DNA from: Octopus vulgaris | Taxonomy: Eukaryota | DNA length: 64,000 nt | Assembly: GCA_951406725.2 (NCBI GenBank) | Contig: OX597837.1 | Location: 15,810,001-15,874,000, forward strand | Direction: 5' to 3' | Part shown: piece by piece, positions 15,178 through 29,376 of the stretch | How positions within the stretch are numbered: position 1 is the stretch's first letter | Layout: every line of letters starts with the position of its first letter | Made by a program: the position numbers and the translations under genes | Notes under the pieces: model-generated | The model's database searches: none | What the model saw: only the letters and a program-made list of their open reading frames with translations | Told to the model about the DNA's origin: nothing

Positions 15178-15857
15178 TTGAAATCAATATTATTTTAGAA
15201 AATTTTAAACACTTCTCTTGAGAGTGAATAGCGGTGAAGTAACATTAGCGAAAGATTTTTGTTTTGTTTTGTTTAGTTATAACCACGACGATAAATGAAG
15301 AACATTCGAAGAAGATACTCGACAATAAAGTCTACGAGCATTTTTCATTGGAAAAAAATGTAAAGAAATAAAAGAAAATCCATCAAAACATTTAGCATAC
15401 GTTAACAAGAACAACAACGACGTCATCAATAACAGCAGCGAACGAGAAATTATAAGCGATTTAAAGAAATATTTTATTGCGTTTACAAACAGATGACTAG
15501 AATTTGAGTACAAATAAACGAACGGAATTTATTTTTTCAGAATAAAAATAATTCTCTGTTGGCAGAATTATAAATTAAAAATATTGTTTTGCAAAACATA
15601 TTAATAATCACGATGTTCAGACGATTAGACGAATTTTTAGATAAAAACGAAAACAACAAAAAACTATGTAAATATATTGACAGGCGAAGCTGTGTAGTAA
15701 GAAGTTTGCTTCCCAGCCATGCGGTTCAAGGTTCAATCCTGTAGCATGTCGCCCTGAGAAAGTATCTCCTAGTACAGCTTGGGCCAACCAAAGTCTTGTG
15801 AGTGGATTTGGCTGATGGGAACTGAAAGAAGCCCGTCGTGTGTATATTGTATGTGTA

Positions 15858-16367
15858 CCGTAAATCCTCGAGTATAGTCCGCCCTTGAGTATAATACGCA
15901 GGGGGATTTTTAGGGGACTGTACCTCTGAAAAACCTAAACCTTGTGTATAATACGCACCCCTTCTCTAACTTGAGTCAAGGAGGTCTATATAACGTCCTT
16001 GGTTTGTAAAAATGTATACGGTAACGTCCTTTATTATTATTGTATATATAACATAATGCAAACGTCTAGCTTTTTCGTGCATTTTGTTTGCAGAAAATAA
16101 AGAAATAACAGTAATAACGTTAAATAAATGTTGCTTACTGCAAATTATGGATGATTCTTTTATGACTTCGTTGCTTTAAGGCTTAGCTTAACGTATTTTC
16201 GCGCCCGACATCACAAAATGCGCCTGAATAAACATTGCCGGACAGCAAATAGACTCGGACATTGCTTAGAAAATATGTTTCCTTTTTAACCTCGTGTATA
16301 ATACGCACTAGGGATTTTGACCTTTAAATTTTGGGAGAAAATGCGGATTATACTCGAGGATTTACGG
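15858..16367. mobile_element. Non-autonomous Tc1/mariner-pogo type MITE (510 bp)
   Basis: 25-bp TIRs CCGTAAATCCTCGAGTATA(G/A)TCCGC, TA on both sides, subterminal gtataatacgca repeats. Confidence 0.9.
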
Positions 16368-16419
16368 TATGTCTTTCTCTCTTCCTCTCTGTCGGTCTGT
16401 CTGTCTGTCTCTCTTTTTG

Positions 16420-16695
16420 GGAGTGATGGACATCGTTATTGACAATTGACGGATTTGTATCCTCGTCATGTTTGTTGTTACCACAACGTTTCGACTGATG
16501 CACTCTCCACCCTTCAACAGGTGCCCTGGTGGGATTTCGAACCCAACCCTTTATTTGACTAATGGAGTACTCTGTTCTCATTCCTAAACTATTCTTCTTT
16601 TTTATTTTTTGATGAAGGCTGCAGAGTACATCAGCCGAAACGTGGTAACAACAAACAAGATGAGGACACATATCCATCCATTGTAAATAATGAAT
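16420..16695. mobile_element. Palindromic Penelope-type repeat with decayed hammerhead cores
   Basis: Inverted arms (...tttgttgttaccacaacgtttcgactgatg / catcagccgaaacgtggtaacaacaaac...); ttgatga-aggctg..cagcc-gaaac. Confidence 0.55.
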
Positions 16696-19616
16696 ATGAT
16701 TCCTCAATCCCCCAAAATATAGAATCGTACTACCTTCCTCGCTAATAATTACTATTCTTGACACGGACAGACAAACATTCTTACTCAGTAATGAAGCGAT
16801 TCCCTTGTTATTAGTAATCTGACAAATACGGAAAAAGTTATGCCTCGCTAAAGAGGTCTAACGAGATTGAAACAAGTACGGAGTTGTCGCCTTTGTTTAC
16901 CAATATCAGATTGATGAAATATTAGAACACTGAGCGATTAGTATTATTATTTACACTATTTTTTTATTAAGTACAATGACGATACAATAAATCTAGGTAC
17001 ATTTTAGTGGGGAAAAAGTCATCAACAACATCGACGCTATCGTCATCCTCACTATCACCACCACCAGCACCAGCACCAGCACCAAGCACAACTACGACAG
17101 CAATAATAAATACAAATTTAAAAAAAAAAAAACATTCTAAAGAAAGATTGTATCAGTTTTAGAAAACGTCGACTGGAATTTGAGGACAAATAAACAAATA
17201 CATTTACTGTTAATAATACAAAACAAAACAAAACAAAAAATACTCAATTCACAAGATTATTAAATTTAAAATGTTAAAATGTTAATAATTATGGTATTTC
17301 AAACAATTTGACGATTTATAGATAAAAATCTTTTTTTTTTAACTACACAGAAAGAGTGTCTGGTATTCACGTATATATAAATGCGTTATTAAATACGACA
17401 ACACACCAAATGACTTGTCGGGTGTATGAAATAGGTTCATTTGGTACCCGACCTGAAAGTGATATTGACTGTCTTTTATCTTGTACTTGTATCGGTCATT
17501 CGACTGCGGCCATGCTTAGGCACTTCCTCGAGGGGGTTTTAGTTGAACGAATTCGACTGCGGCCATGCTGGGACATCGCCTCGAGACAGTTTTAGTTGAA
17601 CGAATCGACCCCAGGACTTTTTTTAAAGCGTGATACTAATCTGTCGGCTCTCTGTTGAATCAATCAATCAGTCATTTGTCATCTGTCATTCTTCGATGTG
17701 GTTCAACAACCATTCCCAACCAGTCAGGATTACTCTCAGCATGGATTGTACTGTTCACCCCTTCAATCGTTCTTTGAATACGAAACAGGAATTGCGGGAC
17801 CTCTGTTTCGGTGCTTCTCCTCAGTCACCATCCCGTCCATCCATGCCAATCCGTCGCAAGGTTAACCATTTCCAGCTGAGAAGACTGGAGCAACATGAGA
17901 TGAAGTGTTTCGCTCAAGAGCACGACACACGGCCAGTCTGGGGATTGAAACCATGATCTCGCAGTCGTGAGTGCAACATCCTAAACGCTAGGCCACGCTC
18001 CTTCATTACCGCTACATTACGGAAACGTAAACAAACTAACACCGGTCATCAAGCAAAAGTGGAGGGCAAGAACATTCTCAAACATACATACCCCCCCAAC
18101 ACACACATGTATATACGTCGGGCTTCCTTCGGTTTCCGTCCCACTCACTAAGGCTATATTAGAAGACACTTATCCAAGGAGTCACACAGTGGGACTGAAC
18201 CAAGAACCCTATGGTTGGAAAGCAAACTTCTTACCACGCAACCATTAAGTAACGTTATATCCATAACGTATTTAGACGTTTCCAAATTTTGGTCTCAGGT
18301 CAGCGTCTTCGCAGAGAGGAGTAAGTCGATTCCAACTGCCAAATGCCATCCTCTTTCTCTTTTAATGTTTTTTTCTTTTTTTGAGACTTCGGGCAACTGA
18401 TGGGAAATGTTGAACTTCGATCCTTATGTAAATACCTGAAATCCAAAATATGAAGTGTGAGCTGTTGGTGTGATAGGGTCGTGGGGTCTAAGGAGAAATG
18501 TTGAAAGGTTTGTCTTGAATAGGGTCGTCAGTTAGTGATGACAGACGCCATTTCTCTCTGGTGTGACTGAACGGTTAGGAAGTTCGCCTTGCAACCACAT
18601 AGTCTTCGCGTTCGGTCCCATTGCAAGGTATCTTGTCCAAGTATCTTCTACTATAGTTTACTAATGGTTCGCTGATTCCCATAACTAGAAGTTCGTGCTT
18701 TTGCTAGATTCATTGGCCAACCGTGCGGTAACTTCGTCTGATAGTGACACACGAGATCGAAACACCACGGTGGTTTCGCTACTGGTGAACCGGTGAATCA
18801 CGTGTGTTATGAACACACATCTAAAGGAAGGAGGTGTTCTCTGGTAGCGAAAAACAACAAAGAACAGCTTATTACATTCGAAAATGCCACAACGTATTAA
18901 GACTGAATAAATACATTTTTGTCCGGTTATTTGTATTTGTGTAACATTCTCCGTTTTTTTTCCGTCCTTGTTTTCGTACACCTTCGCTGCTTTTTTCCAA
19001 GGAATATAATGCTCTTAGCTTAGTTTTTCCTTGGGACTGGCCAGATTGGAGCAATCTCGAGTATAATCAGCCGAAATTGCAAAGATAATCTGGAAATCGA
19101 CTGAAGAAAAAATTCCGAATGACCCATCCTCGTTTTTTGCATCGTCTATCTGGATGTTTTGCGTTCTTGTCCCATTTTGTATTCAGAGGTTGTACAGAAA
19201 TTTGGGAACTGTAACCAAATGGATTTTGATAACATCTATAATTTGAATTCGGACATTTCCAGATCAGTCTCGACGCCCAGCAGTTCTCTTTTTTTTGGGG
19301 GGGGGGGGGGGTGTTTTTGGTTTTACTTTTTATTCTCCTTCACTGTCTCTGTTCCACTTCCTAATTTGAAAAGAATGGTTTAAATCAAAATATAATTGCG
19401 AAAACAAAAGAAAGAAAGAAAGAAAGAAAGAGAAATTGTTTTCCTAAGATGGTATTGTTACGTCAGGGAATCTAGGGTGGATTTTGTAGAATCCTAGATC
19501 TGTAAATCTGGTGATTGCGATTCATTTGGCAAGGATCCGAAAGAAGAAAGATTAACCAAGAATGGTGAATTTCTTGTCAATAATTTCCTCTCTCTAAAGC
19601 TTTTACCACTTCTCCA

Positions 19617-19645
19617 CCAATAATGGGCGTCTGTGACGTCACGTA
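19617..19645. promoter_or_regulatory. CCAAT box, full CRE (TGACGTCA) and overlapping TACGTG (HRE core)
   Basis: ccaataatgggcgtctgtgacgtcacgta; motif match only. Confidence 0.3.
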
Positions 19646-19745
19646 CGGATATCAACCGCTCTCCCACTCTTCCTCTCTCCCACTCTCTCTATATATATAC
19701 ATCCATTTATCAATCTATTTATCTATCAATGTATCCTCGGTCTGT

Positions 19746-19779
<34 letters not shown>

Positions 19780-19909
19780 ATTCATTTATCTATCTATCTA
19801 TCTGCCTGTCTGTCTGCTTGTTTGCCTGTCATTCTATTTACACACACACATAAACAGGGATAGTTAGAGACATAGAGAGAGGGCATAGAAAGAAAGAAAG
19901 ATAGACAGG

Positions 19910-19949
<40 letters not shown>

Positions 19950-20161
19950 GTGATGGATAGATCCATGTCTTATGTGTCATTTACATTCACGCATGCATCC
20001 ACATATCCATACATAAACGTGCATAGATGTGTGTGTGTGTGTGTGTGTTATTTCTGTATATATTTAAATCTTCTTATCCTGGCTTTAAATAGCAGTTTTC
20101 ACTGAAGCCGCAATTAAAAATAAAAAAAATAATCGATATCTCAACATACTCCTCCTCTCCC

Positions 20162-20209
<48 letters not shown>

Positions 20210-20851
20210 CTCTCCCTTTCTCTTTCGATGACCACAATCACCATCAACACTAAAACTACCATCGCCGCCACCGCCGCCACCTTCCCCCAGTATTCTCCAA
20301 TAAACCAGAGAACCAAGAAATAAACAATCCTTGACATTTTGCTTAAATCTCCTAATTACATTCATTTCTTCTGTTTCACTTTACTTATCCCCCCCCTCTC
20401 ACCTCCCCTTCTTTCCACAAACTCCTTTTTTGACTGCATCCCACCACCCCAACCCCACTGCTATCAGCCTTCGTCATCCCCACCATCACTACCACCATTA
20501 ACACCACCACCAGCATCATCACAACCATCATCAGTACCACCACCGCCGCCGTCACCATGACTACTACCGCGGCAGCCATCCTACAACCACCAGGAACAAC
20601 AAAAATCCACCAATATTGCTGTCACCACCACCACCAATAACAACAACAACAACTTCAACAGCAACAACAACAACCCCTACGACGACGGCGACGACTTTGA
20701 CGAGGACGACAACATTCACACCAACACCTTCATAATGCCAGTGACAATTATTAAACTATTGAACCAAAAGAAAATATTTTCTACTCCATTTACTCACCTG
20801 TTTTCAATATCATATTGCCATACATGTGTGTGTGTGTGTGTGTGTGTGTGC

Positions 20852-20906
<55 letters not shown>

Positions 20907-21045
20907 AAAGTAGATTGTTAATTGGGAATCCAATATTGGCGTAAGGGTGGAAAAATAAATGCGGGAAGTTGGATACGCAATCGTCAGAATGCTTTTAGGA
21001 GAAATGGAAAACAAGAAGAAAAACAACAACAAAAAAGGTGTAACA

Positions 21046-21057
21046 GCCGCCATTTTG
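21046..21057. promoter_or_regulatory. YY1 consensus GCCGCCATTTTG
   Basis: 12-bp motif match in a CpG-containing unique patch. Confidence 0.3.
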
Positions 21058-21230
21058 AGGGAAATTCAAACGCGCGTCTCTGGTGGTGGCCATGGGGAAC
21101 ACAGAGAAATCGTTGTCGTGAATGCACGCGAGAATGCCTTGTGTGTGTGTGTGTGTGTGTGTTCAGTACTCAACAAAAAGCAGTTGCCAAAAAGAAGGCT
21201 AGTAAAACAGAATACGTCTACACTCACGGA

Positions 21231-21282
<52 letters not shown>

Positions 21283-23458
21283 AGGCGCCTGGCTTAGGGT
21301 GTTGCACTCACGATTGCGAGATCGTGGGTTCGATTGCGCTGTGTTCTTAAGCAAAACACTTCATTTCACGTTGCTCTGCGATCATTTCGTCGTCTGACAT
21401 GTGGAAGATGTGGCACTTGTACAGGTAATATCGATTTGATGGAGAGTGTGAGCTTATGTGCACACGAACATTTGATTACTATAAACCAAATCATCTGCGT
21501 GGTTGTTCGGCAAAAAATTCAATTCTTACTTGGCCCTTAAGGGCTTTACACAGAGGGACAGGACAGGACAGACAGGGTGTGGGTCATCCATATATATATA
21601 TAATCGATAACAAAATGAAATAACAAAGTGATGGCGTGTAAACAGTGGTAGCAAGTGTGAAGTCTGAACATTTTAAATATGAGAATAATAAGGAAGAGGA
21701 TGCTGGGTTGGCCGTGGAGACCCCCACAAGCCCCGAACCGAACTGGTCACTCGGGTAAGACTTAGGAATTCAGGCTGAAGTGAGTCTCATATGACCATAA
21801 CATTCAAATCCAGAGACCGGAGATCGTTCAGTATCCTTGCTCCCAAGGGTGATCCCAGACCACATACATTTGTGCTGCCTTGCTTGGGCGGGAACATGAG
21901 AGAAAAGAAAGAAAAAGAGGGGGTTACTTACGTTGTGTGCTCAGTGAAGGATTTTCCTCACTCCCTTTGCTGGCTTGTGGGGTATCCTCAATGAAATTTT
22001 TGTATAAGTGTTTTGTGAAGGTTCTTTGCAGATTTCCAAAGTCGCTGGTTGAATGGAAATGTCTCTTTATGTGAACAATTTGAATGTGCTCGCGGGACAC
22101 GTGATTGCGGGCTCATGCACTCGTACGGTGTTGTATATCGTCAAGTTAACATTTGTACCATTTCACTCGAATAAATTCTTCACTTTTTTATGTCTTCAAG
22201 GTTTAAGTTGAGAGATTCTTGTTGCACTCGCACTACTGATTCGAAACTGCGACTGTTTAGTTTAAATTCCTTTTCTTTGAGGTCCTTAATTTTGTTGTTC
22301 GGAGTGTCCTTAAAAATATACGTTGTATTTCTTTTGGGGAATAGATCATTCCCCTGGTCGCAATAGGGGACAGAAGAAAACAGTTCATTCTACACTTTTA
22401 TCTTGGTGGACGGAATCCTCACCGAGGCTGGAAGCCATGATTGAAAGATTAATTGCGTAGCAAAAATATAAATAAACGAAGGTAAAATTCGCCCCTAAAA
22501 GAGGGAATTTTGGATGCGACATCCCCTCCCCTGCTAAGCAGGTTCAGTTACGAAGATGCACAAAATTCAACCATAATAATTATAAACACACTTTGGTAAG
22601 AAGAATTTACAAAACTTACTGGCGTAAAAAACACGCCCGTTCGCAAGAAATCGCAGAACCCTCATACATGGCATCGTCTGACGACGGGAGGGTCCATTAT
22701 ATGTGTGTGTGTGTGTGTATATGAGGGATGGAGATGTATTATCAACGATTTATTTAGTCCTACACGTGTTTCAAATACTGTTCTATATTTTATGATTTGA
22801 ACCTGAAAAATAAAGAATCGGAAGAAATACGGTGAGAATGAAAATGTGGTTTAGCGGTTCGACAGAGGAACACAAGGAAGAAAAAACAGAACACACACAC
22901 ACAGACAAGCTCAATCTCCCCTTGGTTGTCGACTAAAGAGAGTCGACACGGTTTCAATCCTCTGTCGATCGAACGATTCCGCCATTGTGCCGTATTGGAG
23001 TACTCAGCCACGTTTATGTAATTTAAGAAGTCGGACGTTCAGATGATCGTCGAAACCGGTGAAGGATCCATCATTCCCGGTGTAAAATATGGCCCCAGGA
23101 GGATGTGATTTCACATTGTAAATAAATCAATACCAATGAAAGAAAATAAATTGTTGAATTCTGCGAATATATTTACCATTTCTTTGGGATTCTTTCTGTG
23201 AGAAAACAGAAAGTAGAATAACAACAACAACAACAATAAAAATAATAACGACAACAACAAGCTTTTTTCTTAATTAATTTCAGTAAAAGGATTAACGAAA
23301 TTGAATATTGGTGTTTTAAGAGGAAAAATAAATATAAGTGTGAGGGGGGTGGGTGAGAAGGGGTGTGAGAAGGGGGGTAGATGAGGGGGGGAAGGATGGG
23401 GAGGAGGGAGAGGATAAAGAGAAAAAAACAAACAAAAGGAATAAATCAGGAAAAAAGG

Positions 23459-23495
<37 letters not shown>

Positions 23496-23886
23496 GAGAG
23501 AGAGAGAGAGAGAGAGAAAGGGAGAGGAGAAGGGGATATTGGAAGGAAGAAAGAAAGAAAGGAAGAAAGAAAGAAAGAAAGAAAGGAAGGAAGAAAGAAA
23601 GGAAGAAAGAAAGAAGGAAAGGAAGGAAGAAGGAGGCAGAAATGTAAAGAGTAAAGAAAGGATCAAGACAATATTTATTATTACTTTCCTCCCACTTCTC
23701 ATTGCTCTCCCTTTCACTTGTCCCGGTTGACCCCGAAAGGGCGGACAACAACCTGTTGTCAAGGATCTCACAGGATCTCTTTCCACATCCAGGTACCAAG
23801 TCCCAAAATCTTCTGAGCTTCTTCTTACCACCATATTGATTGATTCTAATTTCTCAAACCCAGTTGTTTTATGCTCCTAATACTCC

Positions 23887-24118
<232 letters not shown>

Positions 24119-24123
24119 CTATT

Positions 24124-24345
24124 AAGGCGGCGGGCTGGCAGAATCGTTAGCGCGCCAGGCAAAAATGCTAAACGGCATTTCGTCCGTCTTCACGTTCTGT
24201 GTTCGAATTCCGCAGAGGTCGACTTTGCCTTTCATCCTTTCGGGGGGGTCGATAAATTAAGTACCAGTTGCGTACTGGGGGTCGATGTAATCAACTATCG
24301 CCCCTCCCCTCAAATGTCAGGTCTTGTGCTTTCAGTAGAGAGGAT
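24124..24345 (+). mobile_element. SINE (same family as 28792)
   Basis: aaggcggcgggctggcagaatcgttagc...gcctttcatcctttcgggggg...; (ATT)n tail. Confidence 0.85.
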
Positions 24346-24646
24346 TATTATTATTATTATTAATATTAAAGCTTCCAGGTGCGTGGGGAGCCCCTGGACG
24401 GGTGACCAGAGGGCAGAGGCTTAAAAACGGTTCTGCTCAGCTGGAAGACATTTCGTCATCAGTCGGATGGATATGGTTTGACCTAGGGTTAAACAGCAAG
24501 GTCAACAACAATCAATCAATTTAACAAAAAACTGTCGATAATAATCGACGACACAAACAAGAAATGAAGTCGTTTTGTTTGGCTGGTTTGACGGTCGGTC
24601 GGTCGGTCGGTTCTTGGAAAAAATGCGACCGGGTTCTTTAAATGGC

Positions 24647-24706
<60 letters not shown>

Positions 24707-24854
24707 TTTCAATAGGCTGACAAAACGGCCAAGGAGTTCTTCCGTACAAATTCTCTCTTGGTCGTTAATTATATATGTATATATATTTTAGTTTTCAACG
24801 CGTTAGTACTGATAGATACACACACATACATTTATATGCATGTAAAAATGTATG

Positions 24855-24907
<53 letters not shown>

Positions 24908-25011
24908 CTCGGCGTAGGTATGTATGTAATGTTTGCATGTGTGTGTAGATATAGCGATGCATCCGTAAATACATAAAAATTTTATAGTTAAATATTTGTA
25001 TCTATATCTAC

Positions 25012-25107
<96 letters not shown>

Positions 25108-25201
25108 ATATATATACACACATATATATTTGATATTTGTAATTATAAATTGTGTGTGCATGTACATAAATATTAATTATAAATGTATGTAAAATACACA
25201 C

Positions 25202-25263
<62 letters not shown>

Positions 25264-25420
25264 GTGTGTGTGCGTGTGTATACATACACACATACGTTCA
25301 TGCATGTATATTAATTATACTTCTTTTAATTTTAAATAGAAAATCTATAACCAGAATCGATTGTTGTCATGGGAACATCGTTTTAATATTTAAATTTAGA
25401 TTGTGAGAAAGACGAAGAGA

Positions 25421-25485
<65 letters not shown>

Positions 25486-25682
25486 GGATAGGGAGGGAAA
25501 AAGAGAAGAAAGAGAGAGAAAGGATAACATGGCAGAGAAATATATGAAGATACACACATATACATACACACGTACATGTATGTATAACGATTTTATATAG
25601 TGTGTGTATGTATATATGCACGCATGTATATATGTACATATGAATGTATATGCATATATATATATATACATGTATATATATG

Positions 25683-25759
<77 letters not shown>

Positions 25760-26058
25760 ATATATACACACATATAAAAGTGTAGAAGAGAGAGGTGTAG
25801 AGAGATGGGGAGGAACAGTTCTTTTCAACACAATTTACAATAATTCATTTGTTGCCGTCCTCTGTTTTAATTTCGCCTAATTTTTTTTTTAAATTTTATT
25901 TTCACTTTTTTTTTTTTTACGTCTTTTTTCCTTTTTTTATTTTTTTCCTTTTTTTATTTTTTGCAAAATATTTTTTCTTTATAATTTTTTACAAGTTATA
26001 TTTTTTCTCCTTATCATCATCATCATCATCGTCACTATTATTATTATTATTATTATTA

Positions 26059-26096
<38 letters not shown>

Positions 26097-26512
26097 ACAT
26101 CACTTCATCAATAACAATGGATACTCTTGTTTTTGATGTTTCTGACGATGATGATGATGATGATGATGATGATGAGTTTTTTCTTTCTTTTTTTTCTGTT
26201 TCTATTGTTTTTGTATTTTTTGTTCAGAATTATTTTCTTTTATTTTCGATTTTCTTGTTATTGTTTTGGCTGTCGTTGTTGTAGTAAGTATTGTTGTTCT
26301 TATTGTTATTATTTTTGTTATTTTCGTAACTGTCGCCGCCGCCGCCGCCTCCGTCATCGTCGTCGTCGCAGTCTTTGTTGTTGTTGTTGTTGTTGTTGAA
26401 ATATCGATAATCGATACAATATCACTTTCCATCTTTTACTGAATTTCTGTTTGTAATTATTCGTTTGTCATTGAACAATACTGATTGAATAGAAATTCTC
26501 TTTCGCTAAAAC

Positions 26513-26911
26513 TTCTTCTTCTTCTTCTTCTTAGTTTTCCTCCTCCTCCGCCTCCTCTTCCTTCTTCTCCTCCTCCTCCTTCTCCTTCTTCTTTTCCTTC
26601 TCCCTCTTCTTCTTCCTCTTTTCCTTCTCCCTCTTCTTCTTCTTCTTCTTCTTCTTCTCCCTCTTCTTCTTCTTCTCCCTCTTCTTCTTCTTCTTCTTCT
26701 TCTCCCTCTTCTTTTTCTTCTTCTTCTTCTTCTCCCTCTTCTTCTTCTTCTTCTTTTCCTTCTCCCTCTTCTTCTTCTTCTTCTTCTTCTTCTTCTTCTT
26801 CTCCTTCTTCTTCTTCTTCTTCTTCTTCTTCTTCTTCTTCTTCTTCTTCTTCTTCTTCTTCTTCTTCTTCTTCTTCTTCTTCTTCTTCTTCTTCTTCTTC
26901 TTCTTCTTCTT

Positions 26912-26942
<31 letters not shown>

Positions 26943-27096
26943 TTATTATTCTTCTTCTTCTTTTCCTTCTCCCTCTTCTTCTCCTCCTCCTCCTCCTCCT
27001 TCTTTTCCTTCTCCCTTTTCTTCTTCTTCTTCTTTTCCTTCTCCCTCTTCTTCTTCTTCTTCTTCTTCTTCTTCTTCTTCTTCTTCTCCTCCTCCT
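26513..27096. repeat. (TTC)n/(TCC)n polypyrimidine tract
   Basis: Direct reading. Confidence 0.97.
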
Positions 27097-28307
27097 GTAT
27101 TACGGTGCCATGTTACGCTGTTGGCCCTTAACTCCTGGTTGAAGTCGTAGAGGCACCGCCGTGGCGTACGGATTGTCTTGAGAGCCTTATATATATACAT
27201 ATATATCAGACGGAGCCCATTTCTCTTCAGATTTGACCACAGTCGATTTCTTCGAGAAAGAAAAGGATCGCTTTAAAAGAAAAACAATTATTTGCGACAA
27301 AAGGTCATCTTTATATCCAGCTAAACGTGGACGTCTTCTTAGCACACCAAATGCCCCGGTGTTATCCTTGGGAGGTCCTCTCAGATGCGTGGTGCATAAA
27401 AGTACAGATATATCACAGCAGACGAAACTCGCTGATTATGGGCGTCGGAATTGTGTGATCACGTGAACAAGACGCCCCCCCCTCGTTAAATTGGGTATAA
27501 AGATTCCCTTTTGCTCCCAATACTGCCCCCGTCGCGAATAATTATTTCTAAGTCTGCTCTGCTGGCTATTTTCGACATGAGTGACAGAAACGACACTTGG
27601 CTGGTATGCGGTCATCGGATGTCTCCTACTGAAGAAGTCCAGTAGACTGAAAATGCAGAACGCTACAAAAGGCCAATGACAGCAGCTTAGATACGGGATG
27701 TGGTGACTGGTAGTACGAGGTGCAGAGGGCGTGGTATGGACGCGCTTCCCTTATGCAACATGTATGCCAGACTTGTTCGTTGAAGTCTTGGCAAACACAG
27801 ACTGCAACTGGCTGCAGAACAGAAGACCCCCAGTTCTGTAATCTGGCGAGTGGCGACTCCATTGAGGAAAGACACGAACGAAGGGAATAGAATTGATAAT
27901 TTCCTGTCCATAGCTCAACTAAATACAGAGATTAAGATTTTAGCCAGGCGATAGCAAAGAGGGTGGCGTTTGTCATCTTCGTTATGTATCACCGCCTGAC
28001 CCTTTTCCATTTGCAGAGAAGGGCGGCCACTTGAGGAAGATGAAGGTGGAGTGATGAGGTTGGCGAGGCTGAATGGGTCGAACGGGCTTTTCTAAGCAGG
28101 AGGAAAAGCACTGAAGTGGCCGGGCAAAAGGCTTTGTGGTATATCTTACGACTCTTTACGCTCTGGGTTCAAACCTCGTCGACGTTAACTCTGCCTTTCA
28201 TTCCGCCGCAAAACGATAAAATCAAAGACCTGTCAAGTGCCGAGGATCGAACTAACGCCCACACTGCTGACGGTTGGCCGTTGAATCACCATCATCATCG
28301 TCGTCGT

Positions 28308-28339
<32 letters not shown>

Positions 28340-28791
28340 GTAGTAGTAGTAGTACTGCTGCTTCTGCTGTTACTCTCGGCATCTTGCACGGCTTTCACTG
28401 GCGAATTCTGGTAAATTATGCGATATGAGAGTCACGTGAGCGATGACGTTTCGATAAGGGTTGAGAGGCGAAGTCTTCAGAGGAATCTAATTCAATACGA
28501 CAGAACGAACAGAAAACTGGTTGATGTTGGAAATTCTTCAATGCAGTGCTTCGGCATGGCCGCAATACAATAATTGAAACAGGCATAAGTAAAAGAATAA
28601 GGGAATACATGCTAGAAGTTTATTGTGATCACAATGGAACACACTGGAGCCTTTTAGATAACAATAAGCGGTGTTAAATGGAGGTTATACGAATATCTTG
28701 AGCGTGTCTGGCATCCATTCATTTTATTAGCAAATAACCGTTTACTCGTTGCCTGTGGTTATAATATAAGACTTCGAATAGGGCAGCGAAC

Positions 28792-29376
28792 AAGGCGGTG
28801 AGCTGGCAGAACCGTTAGCACGCCAGGCGAAATGCTTAGCGGTATTTCGTCTGCGTTACGTTGTGAGTTCAAATTCCGCCGAGGTCGGCTTTGCCTTTCA
28901 TCCTTTCGGGGTCGATAAATTAAGTACCAGTTACGCACTGGGGTCGATGTAATCGACTTAATACCTATGTCTGTCCTTGTTTGTCCCCTCTATGTTTAGC
29001 CCTTTGTGGGTAATAAAGAAATAGGTATTTCGTCTGCCGCTACGTTCTGCGTTCAAATCCCGCCGAGGTCGACTTTGCTTTTCATTCTTTCGGGGTCGAT
29101 TAAATAAATACCAGTTACGCACTGGGGTCGATGTAATCGACTTAATCCCTTTGTCTGTCCTTGTTTGTCCCTTCTGTGTGTAGCCCTTTGTGGGCAGTAA
29201 AGAAATAAGTATTTCGTCTGTTTTTGCGTTCTGAGTTCAAATTCTGCCGAGGTCGACTTTGCCTTTCATCCTTTCGAGGTCGATAAATTAAGTACCAGTT
29301 ACGTACTAGGGTCGATCTAATCGACTGGTCCCCTTCCCAAAAATTTCAGGCCTTGTGCCTCGAGCAGAAAAGAACA
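28792..29376 (+). mobile_element. tRNA-derived SINE with body triplicated in tandem (~183-bp unit)
   Basis: A/B-box head gagctggcagaa...gagttcaaattcc; gcctttcatcctttcggggtcgataaattaagtacc occurs three times; related copies near 9630, 24124 and 30277, and on minus near 9010, 56630, 61320, 62600 and 62825. Confidence 0.85.

Noticed and set aside
26485-27150. 221-aa Ser/Pro-rich ORF
   Set aside because: TTC/TCC microsatellite
27629-27660. CTGAAGA-AGTC..GACT-GAAA hammerhead-like core
   Set aside because: No NUH triplet or stem I/III pairing found on either side
28841-29376. Regularly spaced repeats resembling a CRISPR array
   Set aside because: Units are ~183-bp SINE bodies without unique spacers; eukaryotic context, no cas genes
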